Shown here one piece after another: positions 23,221-35,260 of a DNA stretch of 45,343 nucleotides. Source of the DNA: Octopus bimaculoides (Eukaryota); NCBI RefSeq assembly GCF_001194135.2, contig NC_068982.1, positions 120,461,001 through 120,506,343 of the forward strand. The letters run 5' to 3'. Within the stretch, counting starts at the first letter, position 1, and the number at the start of each line of letters is the position of its first letter. Made by a program: the position numbers and the translations under genes. A model generated the notes under the pieces. The model was not told the origin of the DNA. It ran no database searches and worked only from the letters and a program-made list of their open reading frames with translations.

Positions 23221-26200
23221 TATTTCCCTACAAAACATAAATTCAGAAAACGATTTAACATATACGATTTTAAACTGAGTTACAGTTACACAACTAATAT
23301 GAAAAATATTACATCCTATACACTTTCCAAAATAATTAAGCTCAAATGCTCATATAGGAACAAAATACGTCTGTTAATACAAAGCTGAGGTTATTCCTGT
23401 AACATCAAACCTAGACATGTTATATAAACGATATATAGGCATGAGAGATGGAAAGTTCAAATATCCTACAACCATACTCTTTTAGATACATCAACAAGAA
23501 AATGATATAATAATATCCAATTTTATTATCTGGACTTAATATAACTGAAAACGCTTCCAATGATGAATGAAAATTATTCAAGCAGTAAAACTTTATATGA
23601 ACAGAAGAATACTCAAACGACATGGCAGTTGGCTATTCCATGGATTGCAATATCCGCCTTAACAATTTTTAATATTTCGAGTTATATACCTGCTATGTGA
23701 ATACTTCGTGGGCGACTTGTAACAGTAGATGGAATTTTTGTGATTGCTTGCTTCACCTTTCCGACTTGTGCAATCAACTTGGAGAACTTACTATAATGTA
23801 TGCTGATTTTACCTATACGGCAATATCACAGGGTTTCTGTGCATGTCTCTAATCATACCAAGAGGCACAAATTGACTAGATAGCATGATGGCCTATATGT
23901 TTATACGTATATAATTGTATGAATATGCACGGACTCGAATGTACTTCTAAACGTATGACTGCAGCTGCACGCAAGAGTGTACTTGTATTTAGGTTTATGT
24001 ACATGTGTGGGTGGTGGAGGAGCACGTCTAAACAGATTTGATTTACGTATATGGCCAAGTGTTGTAACGCCAGACTGTTGGTCTGCTTTCGTTTTCGTTT
24101 TGAAACTGCGTCGAAGCTGTTTCGAATCTCGTAATCTTTGATATAACTACCAACTTGAATTTTCTTTGGTTAGATACCATAAAATTGTCAATAGTCCTTT
24201 TCTTTTACTTTCTCCAAGTAATATTATTTGCTGTCGATTCTTCCTATTGCGGCTGTGGTTCTGTTGTTGTTGTTGTTTTTGTCATTAACATATTATTATT
24301 TGCTACTATTGTTCTTGATATTGATACAATATTACCTGGAATCTGTTTTTCCCTCTCTTTGTAATTCGTACCATATATGTATGCATGTGTGCTAATGCGA
24401 GCGTGAGTGCGTATACATCCACCAGAACGCGTGTGTGTGTGAAGGCGTGGCCTCAATGAAGTAGCCTCATACACGGTCAGCTACAAAACTTGTTTATTTA
24501 TATTTTTCTTTCCACTGAACTTCACAAGGACCATACCTGTAACACTTACATTGCATTAATTCAAATTCTTGTTTGTCATATTAAATTAAAATTGATTCTC
24601 TTTGCATTCTATCAGACTCAAATGAACTGAACATTTATTCATGAACTGAAAATTTATTCATCACCTGAACTTTCGTTTGCATGCCTTCCCAATTTTATTC
24701 ATATTTTGCACTTCCACTTTTTTTCAGTCGCATTGTCACACGTTGCATTTTGCATGTACATATTTTTTCTCGTTCACTTTGAAAATGTATTGTTGCACAT
24801 ACACATGCATGCACCTTTCCTAGGCGCCTGGCTTTACGCATGCATCCGCACACATGGTTCATACACACACACATGCTAACTCTCGCATTCATGTCCCACA
24901 CATGCCTTTCTCGCCTGTATTTCATGCTCCCTGCGCCCTTATAGACAAAACTCATCTCTGTAAGACCCTAGGTCGGTCACGTATACGTAGAGAAAGTTGT
25001 TTGTCCTTTACAACGAGCCAGCATGCCACACTTTTCCTCCTGTACGATCGAACCATATAATACCTCATGCACCGGCTGCCATATTCAACACTACCTTAAT
25101 CACTGGTATATTCAACACTGTACGCTGTATCTGAATCAATGCACTAGCATTACTGCCTCAACCTTGCAAGCCCTATTGCACAAATGCACATGCCCCCCCC
25201 CCTATTATGCACATCTACCGCCTTGTTTTGCAACACGTCTGCGTCAGCTCAATTCTTCTCCCGACTCAAAGCTCATTTTTCAGTGAATTTTGAAACGTGC
25301 ACGTGCACTCCTGTATACNNNNNNNNNNTTTTTCAGTGAATTTTGAAACGTGCACCTGCACTCCTGTATACGCCCTCACACGCGCTCATTTCCTCTACTG
25401 CCTAGTCCCTGACTGCACACATTTTGGCACGCAAAACGACACCGTTATTCGAACTAATCCGAATAGAAAACTGTTCCGTATACACTTCAACGATCCTCTC
25501 TCCTGATATGCAGAATTTATCCTCAGCCATACATTTCTTTCTCTCTTTCGATCTTTTGCTTCCTTTTCCGGAACCTCAGTGGCAAGGGGAGTGATATAGT
25601 GCATCTTGTAGGCATGAAGCAGATTCGATCCACCACAGCCAAATTTAAATTAACAGTTCAACAGAACTTTTTTCACATTGGAACAATGGTTTTTTTTAGT
25701 GACAGCAGTTTTACATACGCCAGATGCCTTTAGCTAGGCCGAAATAATGCCTTCACCACTTGACCTCTTCTAACCTCTTCTATCTATTTCACCAAAAGCT
25801 AGAATTAAGATAACAAGACCACCAAATAAATCCATTGTTCCCAATGATATGTCTATCCTTCTGGATAGTTATAAAAGCAAGAACCCCAAGCAAAAAGACA
25901 GTTAGTCACTTTGGTGACAACTCAGTTAGTGGGAACGGAGTCTGGCTGACCGGATAGAACAACTATGGTATCTCGCCAACGAAGCAGTTATTTCGTCCCA
26001 CACTCTCTCACTCTCACTAGCTCACAACATCACTCTGTCTCTTTCTGTGGAGTACGGCTAAAATAATGTGTACACAAACTATACCAGAAAAATCTACGAC
26101 ATCTATGTTTACTTCGCATGCTTTACGATTTTATCACCTTCCCGTCGAGGCAAGGTATTGTATAATGTAACGGTTAAATAAATATTTTCTTCACAACTTC

Positions 26201-26392
26201 AATCACTGTTCTTTCATCTTTACATAACGGACAATCAAAGAAGAACCAGTCCTTACAAACAGATTACATCCATCCTGTTGTGTTTCAACTATCGTTTTCC
26301 ATATTATCATTTACCATACTATTGTTTATACAAACTTAATTCCATACGTTACATATATATGCATATGCAGAAAGAAGGAACGATAGACAAAT

Positions 26393-26471
26393 AGATACAT
26401 GCATGCATACATACATGCATGCATACATACATGCATGCATACATACATGCATGCATACATACATACATACA

Positions 26472-26500
<29 letters not shown>
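26393..26500. repeat. (CATA)n/(ATGC) microsatellite
   Basis: Direct reading of the sequence. Confidence 0.9.
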
Positions 26501-26502
<2 letters not shown>

Positions 26503-27219
26503 CAGTAATAGGTATAAATTCGTAACCAGAATATTTCATAGATGCATTTTTTAGTGAGCTCAATGAAATAGTAAAAAGTCAACCTTTTTTGAGCGATAAT
26601 ACACAAATATTATCAAAACCCTTTTCTGAAATTAATTATTAATGTACAATTTTGAAGGTTGATTAATTAAAAATGCTTAGATTTACATATAGAGGGATGG
26701 TATATGTATTTCTTCATTTGAAATTTTCGGCTTGTCTCGGCATATTCTGNNNNNNNNNNNNNNNNNNNNNNNNNNNNNNNNNNNNNNNNNNNNNNNNNNN
26801 NNNNNNNNNNNNNNNNNNNNNNNNNNNNNNNNNNNNNNNNNNNNNNNNNNNNNNNNNNNNNNNNNNNNNNNNNNNNNNNNNNNNNNNNNNNNNNNNNNNN
26901 NNNNNNNNNNNNNNNNNNNNNNNNNNNNNNNNNNNNNNNNNNNNNNNNNNNNNNNNNNNNNNNNNNNNNNNNNNNNNNNNNNNNNNNNNNNNNNNNNNNN
27001 NNNNNNNNNNNNNNNNNNNNNNNNNNNNNNNNNNNNNNNNNNNNNNNNNNNNNNNNNNNNNNNNNNNNNNNNNNNNNNNNNNNNNNNNNNNNNNNNNNNN
27101 NNNNNNNNNNNNNNNNNNNNNNNNNNNNNNNNNNNNNNNNNNNNNNNNNNNNNNNNNNNNNNNNNNNNNNNNNNNNNNNNNNNNNNNNNNNNNNNNNNNN
27201 NNNNNNNNNNNNNNNNNNN

Positions 27220-27640
27220 ATATATATCTGTATGTATGTAAATATATTTACATACAAACATGCGTACTTACCTATTTATTTACCTATCTACCTACCAACC
27301 GATCTACCTAATTACCTACATACATATACACACACGTACTTACCTATGTACATACATACATACATACATACATACACACACATACATACATACATACATA
27401 CATACCTACATACATACATATGTGAATAGATACACACACTTGGGTGGATGCATCGACAGTTCAACTAACACACACCTAATAAACCACATATTTACAAACA
27501 ACAGGAACTCTTAATTCAAAAAGTCTCGTTGCTTTGTTAGCAACCAACTTGTACTCTCTCCAGAAGAACTGAAATTAAACTTAAAGAAAAAACATACATA
27601 CATACATACATACATACATACATACGTACATACATATATA
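27220..27640. repeat. Interrupted (CATA/CCTA)n microsatellite region
   Basis: Direct reading: arrays at about 27220-27440 and 27593-27640. Confidence 0.85.
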
Positions 27641-27644
27641 AACA

Positions 27645-28032
27645 TTGTTGTTGTTGGCACTCCGTCGCTTACGAAGTCGAGGGTTCCAGTTGATCCGATC
27701 AACGGAACAGCCTGCTAGTGAAATTAACGTGCAAGTGGCTGAGCACTCCACAGACACGTGTACCCTTAACGTAGTTCTCGGGGATATTCAGCGTGACACA
27801 GTGTGACAAGTCTGACCCTTTGAAATTACAGGCACAACAGAAACAGGAAGTAAGAGTGAGAGAAAGTTGTGGTGAAAGAGTACAGCAGGGTTCGCCACCA
27901 TCCCCTGCCGGAGCCTCGTGGAGCTTTAGGTGTTTTCGCTCAATAAACACTCACAACGCCCCTTCTGGGAATCGAAACCGCGATCCTATGACCGCGAGTC
28001 CGCTGCCCTAACCACTGGGCCATTGCCTCCAC
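27645..28032 (-). mobile_element. Full-length, little-decayed tRNA-derived SINE with (CAA)n tail
   Basis: Head GTGGAGGCAATGGCCCAGTGGTTAG (A box) and GGTTTCGATTCCC (B box). CpGs are retained and the tail is CCAACAACAACAA. Confidence 0.9.
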
Positions 28033-28119
28033 ACATAAGCTATTTTTACACGCACACATATATGACTTATCTACAAATTGGTTTCTTATATGCACAGTAT
28101 TTCTAAACAGACGGAATAA

Positions 28120-28125
28120 TTTATT
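28120..28125 (-). terminator. Candidate distal polyadenylation signal (AATAAA) of the CAP-Gly gene; a proximal one is at 28939-28944
   Basis: AATAAA on the minus strand about 1 kb after the stop at 29113, followed by U/G-rich sequence. Confidence 0.35.
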
Positions 28126-29112
28126 GAATGGACACCAGTGTATTATTGGTACATAAATTAATGATCCCCAAAGAAATGAAAAATAATATTGCTTCCTGCA
28201 GCCATTTGAAGTCATAACCAAGGGGGATGAAACCAGATGCTTTGATCGTAGATAGCAGCCATTTTACTTAGCCAGCACCCTTAATTCAATTCTGCTGAAT
28301 GTTGCATAAACGTCACAGCATCCCCTCCTTTGAAGATTTGAACTATTTCGCTTAGGTATAAAGTCAATTAGACTTTTAAAATGTAATGATGTTAATTAGG
28401 ACATATCAACACGAACAGCTACATTCAGAATACTTTTGTATTTCATATTTATCATAGCTGTACATTAATCATGGGTTCACATTGGTCGTAAGTAGACATT
28501 GTTCCTTGCCGTAACTTCGCATTAATCACAATTTCACAATGATTGATACTAGTCATAAATCATTGGTCCATATTGGTCAGAGGTTCATAATAATCATAGC
28601 TTGTATTAATCCTTGTCATACGTTAATATTGATCATCGTTTTCTCTGATTAACACTAGTCATAAGTTAGTACTGGTAATAAGTCAACACAGGTTCAAGAT
28701 TTATACTGACGCAGAAAGTAAAAATTCACACTGAACACGGCTTAATACTAGTCATAAATCCACAGTCGTCATAAGACAACATTGGTCATAGGTATGTAAA
28801 TACTGGTCCTACTATTCACTCCGATTGATAATTTCACACTGATTAACTCAATCATAAATCCACACTAGTTATAGTACACTGGTTCTGATCATAAGTTCAT
28901 ATCATTCTTAGCTTCATACTCATTACAGGCTGACACTATTTATTAGTCGATACTGATCATGTGTCTATTTTTGCTCGATTATGACCGAATCTACAAGTTA
29001 GAACAATTAGATCGATGTAGGAAATACTTTCAATTTTCCGGTTTGGCACGATAATTCTTCCAAAGGTCGCATGATGATATAAACAGGTTCTGCATCCTAG
29101 AAGTTTTCACGG

Positions 29113-29176
29113 TTAGCACGGCACCCAAGCCATAACAATTTTGTTGTATGTCACAAATACACCTTTGTTGGGTTTA
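29113..29176 (-). CDS. CAP-Gly-domain gene, last coding exon: (C)KPNKGVFVTYNKIVMAWVPC*
   Basis: Acceptor TATATTTTCAG|. Phase 2 matches the preceding exon (TG|T = Cys). KPNKGVFV is the canonical CAP-Gly C-terminal strand. Stop TAA at 29113-29115. Confidence 0.85.
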
Positions 29177-30000
29177 CTGAAAATATAAACATAAACAGCA
29201 ATATAATCAGCTTCACCTCTAAAAAAACAAAAACAATGTATAATATAAAAAATGGTTAGAAAATAAATTTAACCTCCTGCTGCCTTACATCGTAGAAGAA
29301 ATATTTCATGTAATATTAACCAATGAGCTATTCTTTAAACGATTTTTGAGATTTCGTAAAAAACTATTTTTCTAAAAATAAAAATTTCATCTTTTCTTGC
29401 TTCGTTCTTCTATTAACTTCTCTTAATTTAATCAGTTACAGTATTTCATCTATATCTTTTGTTATGCATCCACAGTATAGAACCGAGTATATTAAAGGCT
29501 TATAATACTGTATCCTACTCGTATTAGTAGTGCAATTAAGGTTATTTCTAATTAAGGTTATTTCTACTGATATTCTATAGAAATTAGAGCCATCTCTGAA
29601 AGTTACAACGTTTCGCATATACGTCTATACGTCTATGTAAGCAATGCAATCGAAGATTAAAAAAATAGATAATGGTCATGTATTATGGTTGTATAACGAA
29701 ATACGGTGTTCCTGCCAACAATCAATGTGTTCATTCCAGTTGCCAGGAATGAGTTTAATATGTAAAATTGGTATATCCACTTATGTTACAACGCTAAATT
29801 TGATGACTGTTTAAGACATGTATTCGTGGATAGTTAATAGGTTGGATGTGGTGCTGAAGAAAGAGCAGTAACTCCTGAAATATGCACATATGCCCATTAC
29901 CTGTCTTTTCTATCTTCGATCGCATTGTTTACATACACGTACGAAACGTAACTTTTAGTGCTTGCTCTAATTTCTATAGAAAATCTGTAGTAATAATCTT

Positions 30001-30017
30001 AAATAATAATAATCTTA

Positions 30018-30079
<62 letters not shown>
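30001..30079. repeat. (AAT)n microsatellite
   Basis: Direct reading of the sequence. Confidence 0.95.
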
Positions 30080-30080
<1 letters not shown>

Positions 30081-31079
30081 CTGCCCATATCCTACGTAAA
30101 ATACTGTCTATGTGATCTCAAATTTTAAAGCAAACACATAATTTTCTTATGGTTTCTTAAACATTCACTTGAACAAAACTGTACAAACACAAATATATGG
30201 TACCCTAGGCATANNNNNNNNNNNNNNNNNNNNNNNNNNNNNNNNNNNNNNNNNNNNNNNNNNNNNNNNNNNNNNNNNNNNNNNNNNNNNNNNNNNNNNN
30301 NNNNNNNNNNNNNNNNNNNNNNNNNNNNNNNNNNNNNNNNNNNNNNNNNNNNNNNNNNNNNNNNNNNNNNNNNNNNNNNNNNNNNNNNNNNNNNNNNNNN
30401 NNNNNNNNNNNNNNNNNNNNNNNNNNNNNNNNNNNNNNNNNNNNNNNNNNNNNNNNNNNNNNNNNNNNNNNNNNNNNNNNNNNNNNNNNNNNNNNNNNNN
30501 NNNNNNNNNNNNNNNNNNNNNNNNNNNNNNNNNNNNNNNNNNNNNNNNNNNNNNNNNNNNNNNNNNNNNNNNNNNNNNNNNNNNNNNNNNNNNNNNNNNN
30601 NNNNNNNNNNNNNNNNNNNNNNNNNNNNNNNNNNNNNNNNNNNNNNNNNNNNNNNNNNNNNNNNNNNNNNNNNNNNNNNNNNNNNNNNNNNNNNNNNNNN
30701 NNNNNNNNNNNNNNNNNNNNNNNNNNNNNNNNNNNNNNNNNNNNNNNNNNNNNNNNNNNNNNNNNNNNNNNNNNNNNNNNNNNNNNNNNNNNNNNNNNNN
30801 NNNNNNNNNNNNNNNNNNNNNNNNNNNNNNNNNNNNNNNNNTATATGTATGTATGTATTAGGGATACAGCTTTTTAATTCTTTTCCTCAGTAACAATTTC
30901 CTGTATCATATTTAGATGAGCTTTTATGCATAAATAACTAAAGTGAACTCACTTTTGAGCTATCTTTAAAAAGTTTACCCATGAATCCATGTTTGTATTC
31001 TTATGCAAAACTTGTTTGAATATGGGCAAGGTTGCATAGCACTCTTGGTTTTCAATAAATTCTTGGCATTTGTAAGACT

Positions 31080-32406
31080 TCAAGAAAAATAATGACAGGA
31101 TCTAGGATGCACCACCCAAAATCTGACATAGAAAGGCTTCATATACAACGTACAGAAGGTAGGAGAGGCCTTATACAGCTGGAAAACAATTATAAAATAA
31201 CCACCATAGGATTGCAAAAATACCTACTTCAGAAGCAAGGAAAACATACAAATAGCCACAAAACACAAGCAAAACAAAAAACTGTTTTCAATAAGGAAGC
31301 TGACAAATAAAACCAAGAGATCATACTACCTAATAAAAATGAAGAAGAAGAAGAAGAAGAAGAAGAAGAAGAAGAAGAAGAAGAAGAAGAAGAAGAAGAA
31401 GAAGAAGAAGAAGAAGAAGAAGAAGAAGAAGAAGAAGAAGAAGAAGAAGAAGAAGAAGAAGAAGAAGAAGAAACAACAAAAGCTATAAAACAAATGAAAT
31501 CCAAACTAAAACTAGAACAGCAACGGACCATGATAAAACGATGGCAAGAAAAGCCCCTTCATGGCAAATACTGGGCTAAACTATGGCAAAAGAAATAGAC
31601 AGAGAAAAATCTCAGCAATGGTTGAGAAGCTCAGGACTCAAAGCAGAGACCAAAGCCTCCCTACCTTGCTGCACAAGACCAAAGCCTCCCTACCAGAAAT
31701 TACCAAAAACATACAATGAAAAGGAACATAACAAGTAACTGCAGAATATGTGGAGATGGACAAGAAACAATAAACCATATTATCTCTGGCTGCCCATTCC
31801 TGGCTAAGAAGGAATATATTCACAGACACGACAGAGCTGGGCCCTACATACACTGGAAGCTATGCCAACACTATGGAATAGCAACAGAAAAAAAGATGGT
31901 ATAGGTACACACCAGAAAAGGTCACGGAAAACAAGAAAGCAACCATTCTCTGGGATATGTCAATACACACAGATAAATTAAGGCCAATATGCCAGATATA
32001 GTTGTCAGAGATCATGAAGGAAAAAAATGCTTTCTAATTGATGCATCAATAGCAGCAGATGACAACGTTTCCCTAAAAGAAATGGAGAAACTTTCAAAAT
32101 ACAAAAACCTGGAAATAGAGGTAACTCGAATGTGGAATCTAAAAACAGAAACAATTCCTATCATAGTAGGTGCCTTAGGTATAATAAAAAAAATATTCAG
32201 ACAAATACATAACAAAACACCAGGACTTACAAATATATATATAACATACAGAAAATTGCACTACTGGGCACTGCACACATCCTACGCAAATACTTTCAAT
32301 ACAGTAACCATAAGAGCATCACAGCAAACCACAGCACATAACCAAGGCACACAGAGCTGCGCTCGGTAGTGAAGTGAAAGCACGCTGTAAAATAAAACTA
32401 CTGAAC
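31080..32406 (+). mobile_element. 5'-truncated R4/Dong-like non-LTR retrotransposon (RLE type), in the last intron of the CAP-Gly gene and antisense to it
   Basis: HHPKSDIERLHIQRTEGRRGL, zinc knuckle CRICGDGQETINHIISGC, restriction-like endonuclease PDIVV..FLIDASI..KLSKY, and IPIIVGALG. It ends directly on (AAT)n. Frameshifts are present. Confidence 0.9.
31341..31472. repeat. Pure (GAA)44 inside the R4/Dong-like element
   Basis: 132 nt of uninterrupted GAA. Confidence 0.95.

Positions 32407-32460
<54 letters not shown>
32407..32460. repeat. (AAT)n at the 3' end of the R4/Dong-like element
   Basis: Direct reading of the sequence. Confidence 0.95.
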
Positions 32461-32653
32461 TTTGGACAAATAAGTATAAGTTGATTAGTGTGTTTAAATG
32501 TTGAGTAGAGCACCGGCACAGTTTAGGCTACCTTTTGTCACCTGCAGTTGCGGTGCATTTCCGCTGGATCTACTTCAGGAACTCCGCAGCGGCAGTTAGA
32601 GTACTAGTATTAATTAATAGTATGAGATGGATATCGTATTAGACTTTTATTAA

Positions 32654-32698
32654 GTACAATATATGTTTCGACCCATCAGTCTGGGTCACTTCAGGTAC
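32654..32698 (-). ncRNA. Degenerate minimal type I hammerhead ribozyme motif (Penelope-like)
   Basis: GUAC CUGAAGU GACCC-AGACUGAU-GGGUC GAAA CAUAUA U U GUAC: stem I 4 bp and stem II 5 bp are perfect. Deviations are U at position 9 and a C-A mismatch in stem III. Confidence 0.45.
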
Positions 32699-32904
32699 AT
32701 TGATAAAGATGTCACTCTAGAGATTTATAGTGCTGGATGGCTTCTTATATGCCCATCAAATGAGGGAATGAACAAAAGCAAATAATATTATAGAAACGCA
32801 AAAATTCAAATATGAACGTGGAAATCTTGTGTTCCAGTTTCGATAAAAATGACCTAATCAGCTTTCGCTGTCATAACTACTTAGAGGAAAAGAAAAGTAG
32901 AACA

Positions 32905-32978
32905 CAGACACACACACACATATATATATAGAGAGAGAGACATACACATACAAATATATACACACATGCATATACATA

Positions 32979-33021
<43 letters not shown>

Positions 33022-33224
33022 AACACACATATGTAAGTACACGTCCGCATATACACATATATACATAAACATATATATATATATATATATAGATACGTAC
33101 ATAGACCCAGACACACACTCGCACATATACACATATGTATATACATACACATAGACATACACACACAGACATACACACACGAACACACACATAGATACAT
33201 ATATATACACATATATATATATGC

Positions 33225-33256
<32 letters not shown>

Positions 33257-33290
33257 GTGCGTGTAATGGTATATGTGTGTATGTGTAGAG
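32905..33290. repeat. Compound (CA)/(TA)/(GT) microsatellite region
   Basis: Direct reading of the sequence. Confidence 0.9.
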
Positions 33291-33334
33291 GTAATCTGTA
33301 TAAATGCTTAAATTGAATAGAAGAGTGCTCTTAC

Positions 33335-33380
33335 CATTTGAAATATCTATTTCCTTCAAACACACCATCATGTTTACCAT
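33335..33380 (-). CDS. CAP-Gly-domain gene, 46-nt internal exon: (D)GKHDGVFEGNRYFK(C)
   Basis: Acceptor TTTTTTTTCACAG| and donor TG|GTAAGA. Phase 1 in and phase 2 out match both neighbours. It encodes the GKNDG-type signature as GKHDG, and G.RYF.C. Confidence 0.9.
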
Positions 33381-34267
33381 CTGTGAAAAAAAAGATCGGA
33401 TCATTGAGAACTTAGTGAATAACCCAGAGAATTCTGGGAACTATGGAATAAATGGAATAAATAACTTGCAGCAGCAGAGACGAAATAATACCGTGCAGTA
33501 AATACTGCACGGCAAACTTTTTGAAATTGATAAAATAAAGTAGCTGTCAAATGCTGATTTAATCGATTACGCCTCTTCCTAAATGTGCGACTTTGTGTGC
33601 CTATGACAGAGATCTTTTTTGACGGTGTTTGGTTCATTTTATTAGCTATTGCTTGGGAATTTCTGACCGCCTTCTCTATTATCGTTGAATAGGAAAAGAG
33701 GATCTGGAGATTGAAACAGCAAGAATGTGTAACATGAAGACATTATACGAACGTTGGGAATTGTGAAGTAAGGGAGCAAGTAAAAAACAAAAATCAAGAA
33801 CGGGCTAGAAAAACCTCCTATAGGTGAAGTTTAGATAATAACAATTCTAAGAATTGCCCTTAATTCTCTGAAACACCATCTGCTGAAGCTGTTCTAATCG
33901 TTTCAATACTAAGGCTCCCTATTATTTACATGAATTTTTCTCCAGACCCCAAGTTTTGGAAAGGTCTGCCTATTTAACAAGCCAATTTTATTAGAAACAG
34001 CTTTCTTTGTTTTGTTTTTTCTCTCACTTGTATGCAACTAAATAATTATATGTAACAGTCTACATTTTTCAGTGTGGCTTTTTCAAATGTTGAATACAGC
34101 TGCACGTTTAAGCAACTCCAGGGGAACAACTGATACATAAAGTAACAGAAAGAAGAAAGACATGTATCGAAATCGAAATTAAAGTTAAAGAAAATCTTTG
34201 GTGAGGTTAGTCACATATAACTTTAACATGATAATTATGATGTTAATAATAGATAATTTGTAGTTAC

Positions 34268-34449
34268 CGTCTTGGTGTAGTTCAATCCCTATATAGGTAT
34301 CCGAGCGACCAGAGAGTGGGCCAACAAACTTCACAATCCCTTGTGATATTTTGCCGCCATATTTGGAGAATTTCACAATATCTCCCAAATGAATGTCGTC
34401 TGGTGATTGAGGAACATAAGGTCTTTTCCCTTGGGTCAATGACCATTGC
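34268..34449 (-). CDS. CAP-Gly-domain gene, 182-nt exon: QWSLTQGKRPYVPQSPDDIHLGDIVKFSKYGGKISQGIVKFVGPLSGRSDTYIGIELHQD
   Basis: Acceptor TCTCTTCCGGACAG| and donor CG|GTAACT. GIVKFVG...YIGIEL is the CAP-Gly N-terminal half. An in-frame stop lies just upstream of the acceptor. Confidence 0.88.
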
Positions 34450-34739
34450 CTGTCCGGAAGAGATTATATTATATCAGTCATAGGTAAATAAGTGATAACT
34501 AATATATATATATATATATATAGGTAAAAGTAAAAAGAAGAAGCAAACATTTGGCAAGGCTTGACAAGGACATTTAATTTAACTTAGTTATATAATGAAA
34601 GATAGAGATACTGTCTGACAGCTCTTTCTGGGATATCCCTGCTATTGGAACATTGTGCCGAGCGATACCTATTTGTGGCATACCTATTTGAGCATCCAGA
34701 ATGCATACCTATTAGTTTGAGTCACCCAGAAGAAAACTC

Positions 34740-35260
34740 CTTGTATCTTATATATATATACAATGAATGCTTCAGATTTTGGCTCAAGAATTCACATGGA
34801 GGTAGCATTTTGCCCTCCACTCTCATTTTCCTTTCCAAGTGGGACTCAGAAAATCGATGAGTACCTGACTGAAATGGAAGGTATTTTTCCTCAATCCTTT
34901 CAGTCTTGTCCACCGCACAATCTCTTTCACCATAGATACTAGCTAGGGGAACACCACCTGCCCTGTCTTGTTAAAGACAGGTGGTGGGGGTAATCCTTCA
35001 GATGGATTCGGCCGATAGTCGAATTCGTTCCGCATACAATAACAACTATCCGACATAACTCCACAAATCAACAATACTCGGACACTGCAGGAATTGCGTG
35101 CAGAACGGTTTCGCCGCTCTGCGTGCATCACGGTCAGACCCGCCTGACAGCACTTTCATGCTTGGAGAGTTTATCTCGAACTTGCAGTGCTCTTCGGTAA
35201 CAAGTGGATGGTCACGATTGGGATGCGCTTCATAGCAGGTCTGGTTGTTGAACATTGTAC
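34740..35260 (-). mobile_element. 3' fragment of a Tx1/L1-clade LINE ORF2 (zinc-knuckle region)
   Basis: Frameshifted translation gives CYRRALQVRDKL, C..SGETVLHA..QCPSIVDLWSYV, MVKEIVRWTRLKGL and HLERKMRVE. Confidence 0.72.

Noticed and set aside
3220-24679. ATCACCTGAACT(C/T)TCGTTTG shared between 3220 and 24660
   Set aside because: The match is 19/20 with no extended alignment. It is most likely a trace of a dispersed repeat and is too short to interpret.
27950-28032. tRNA-like sequences here and at 38030-38119 and 41341-41420
   Set aside because: They are SINE heads that continue into SINE bodies and lack a complete cloverleaf, so they are not tRNA genes.
34952-34987. Strong hairpin CACCAC-CTGCC-CTGTCTT-GTTA-AAGACAG-GTGGTG
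   Set aside because: It lies inside decayed Tx1-like ORF2 coding sequence, and I could not build a ribozyme or pre-miRNA architecture.
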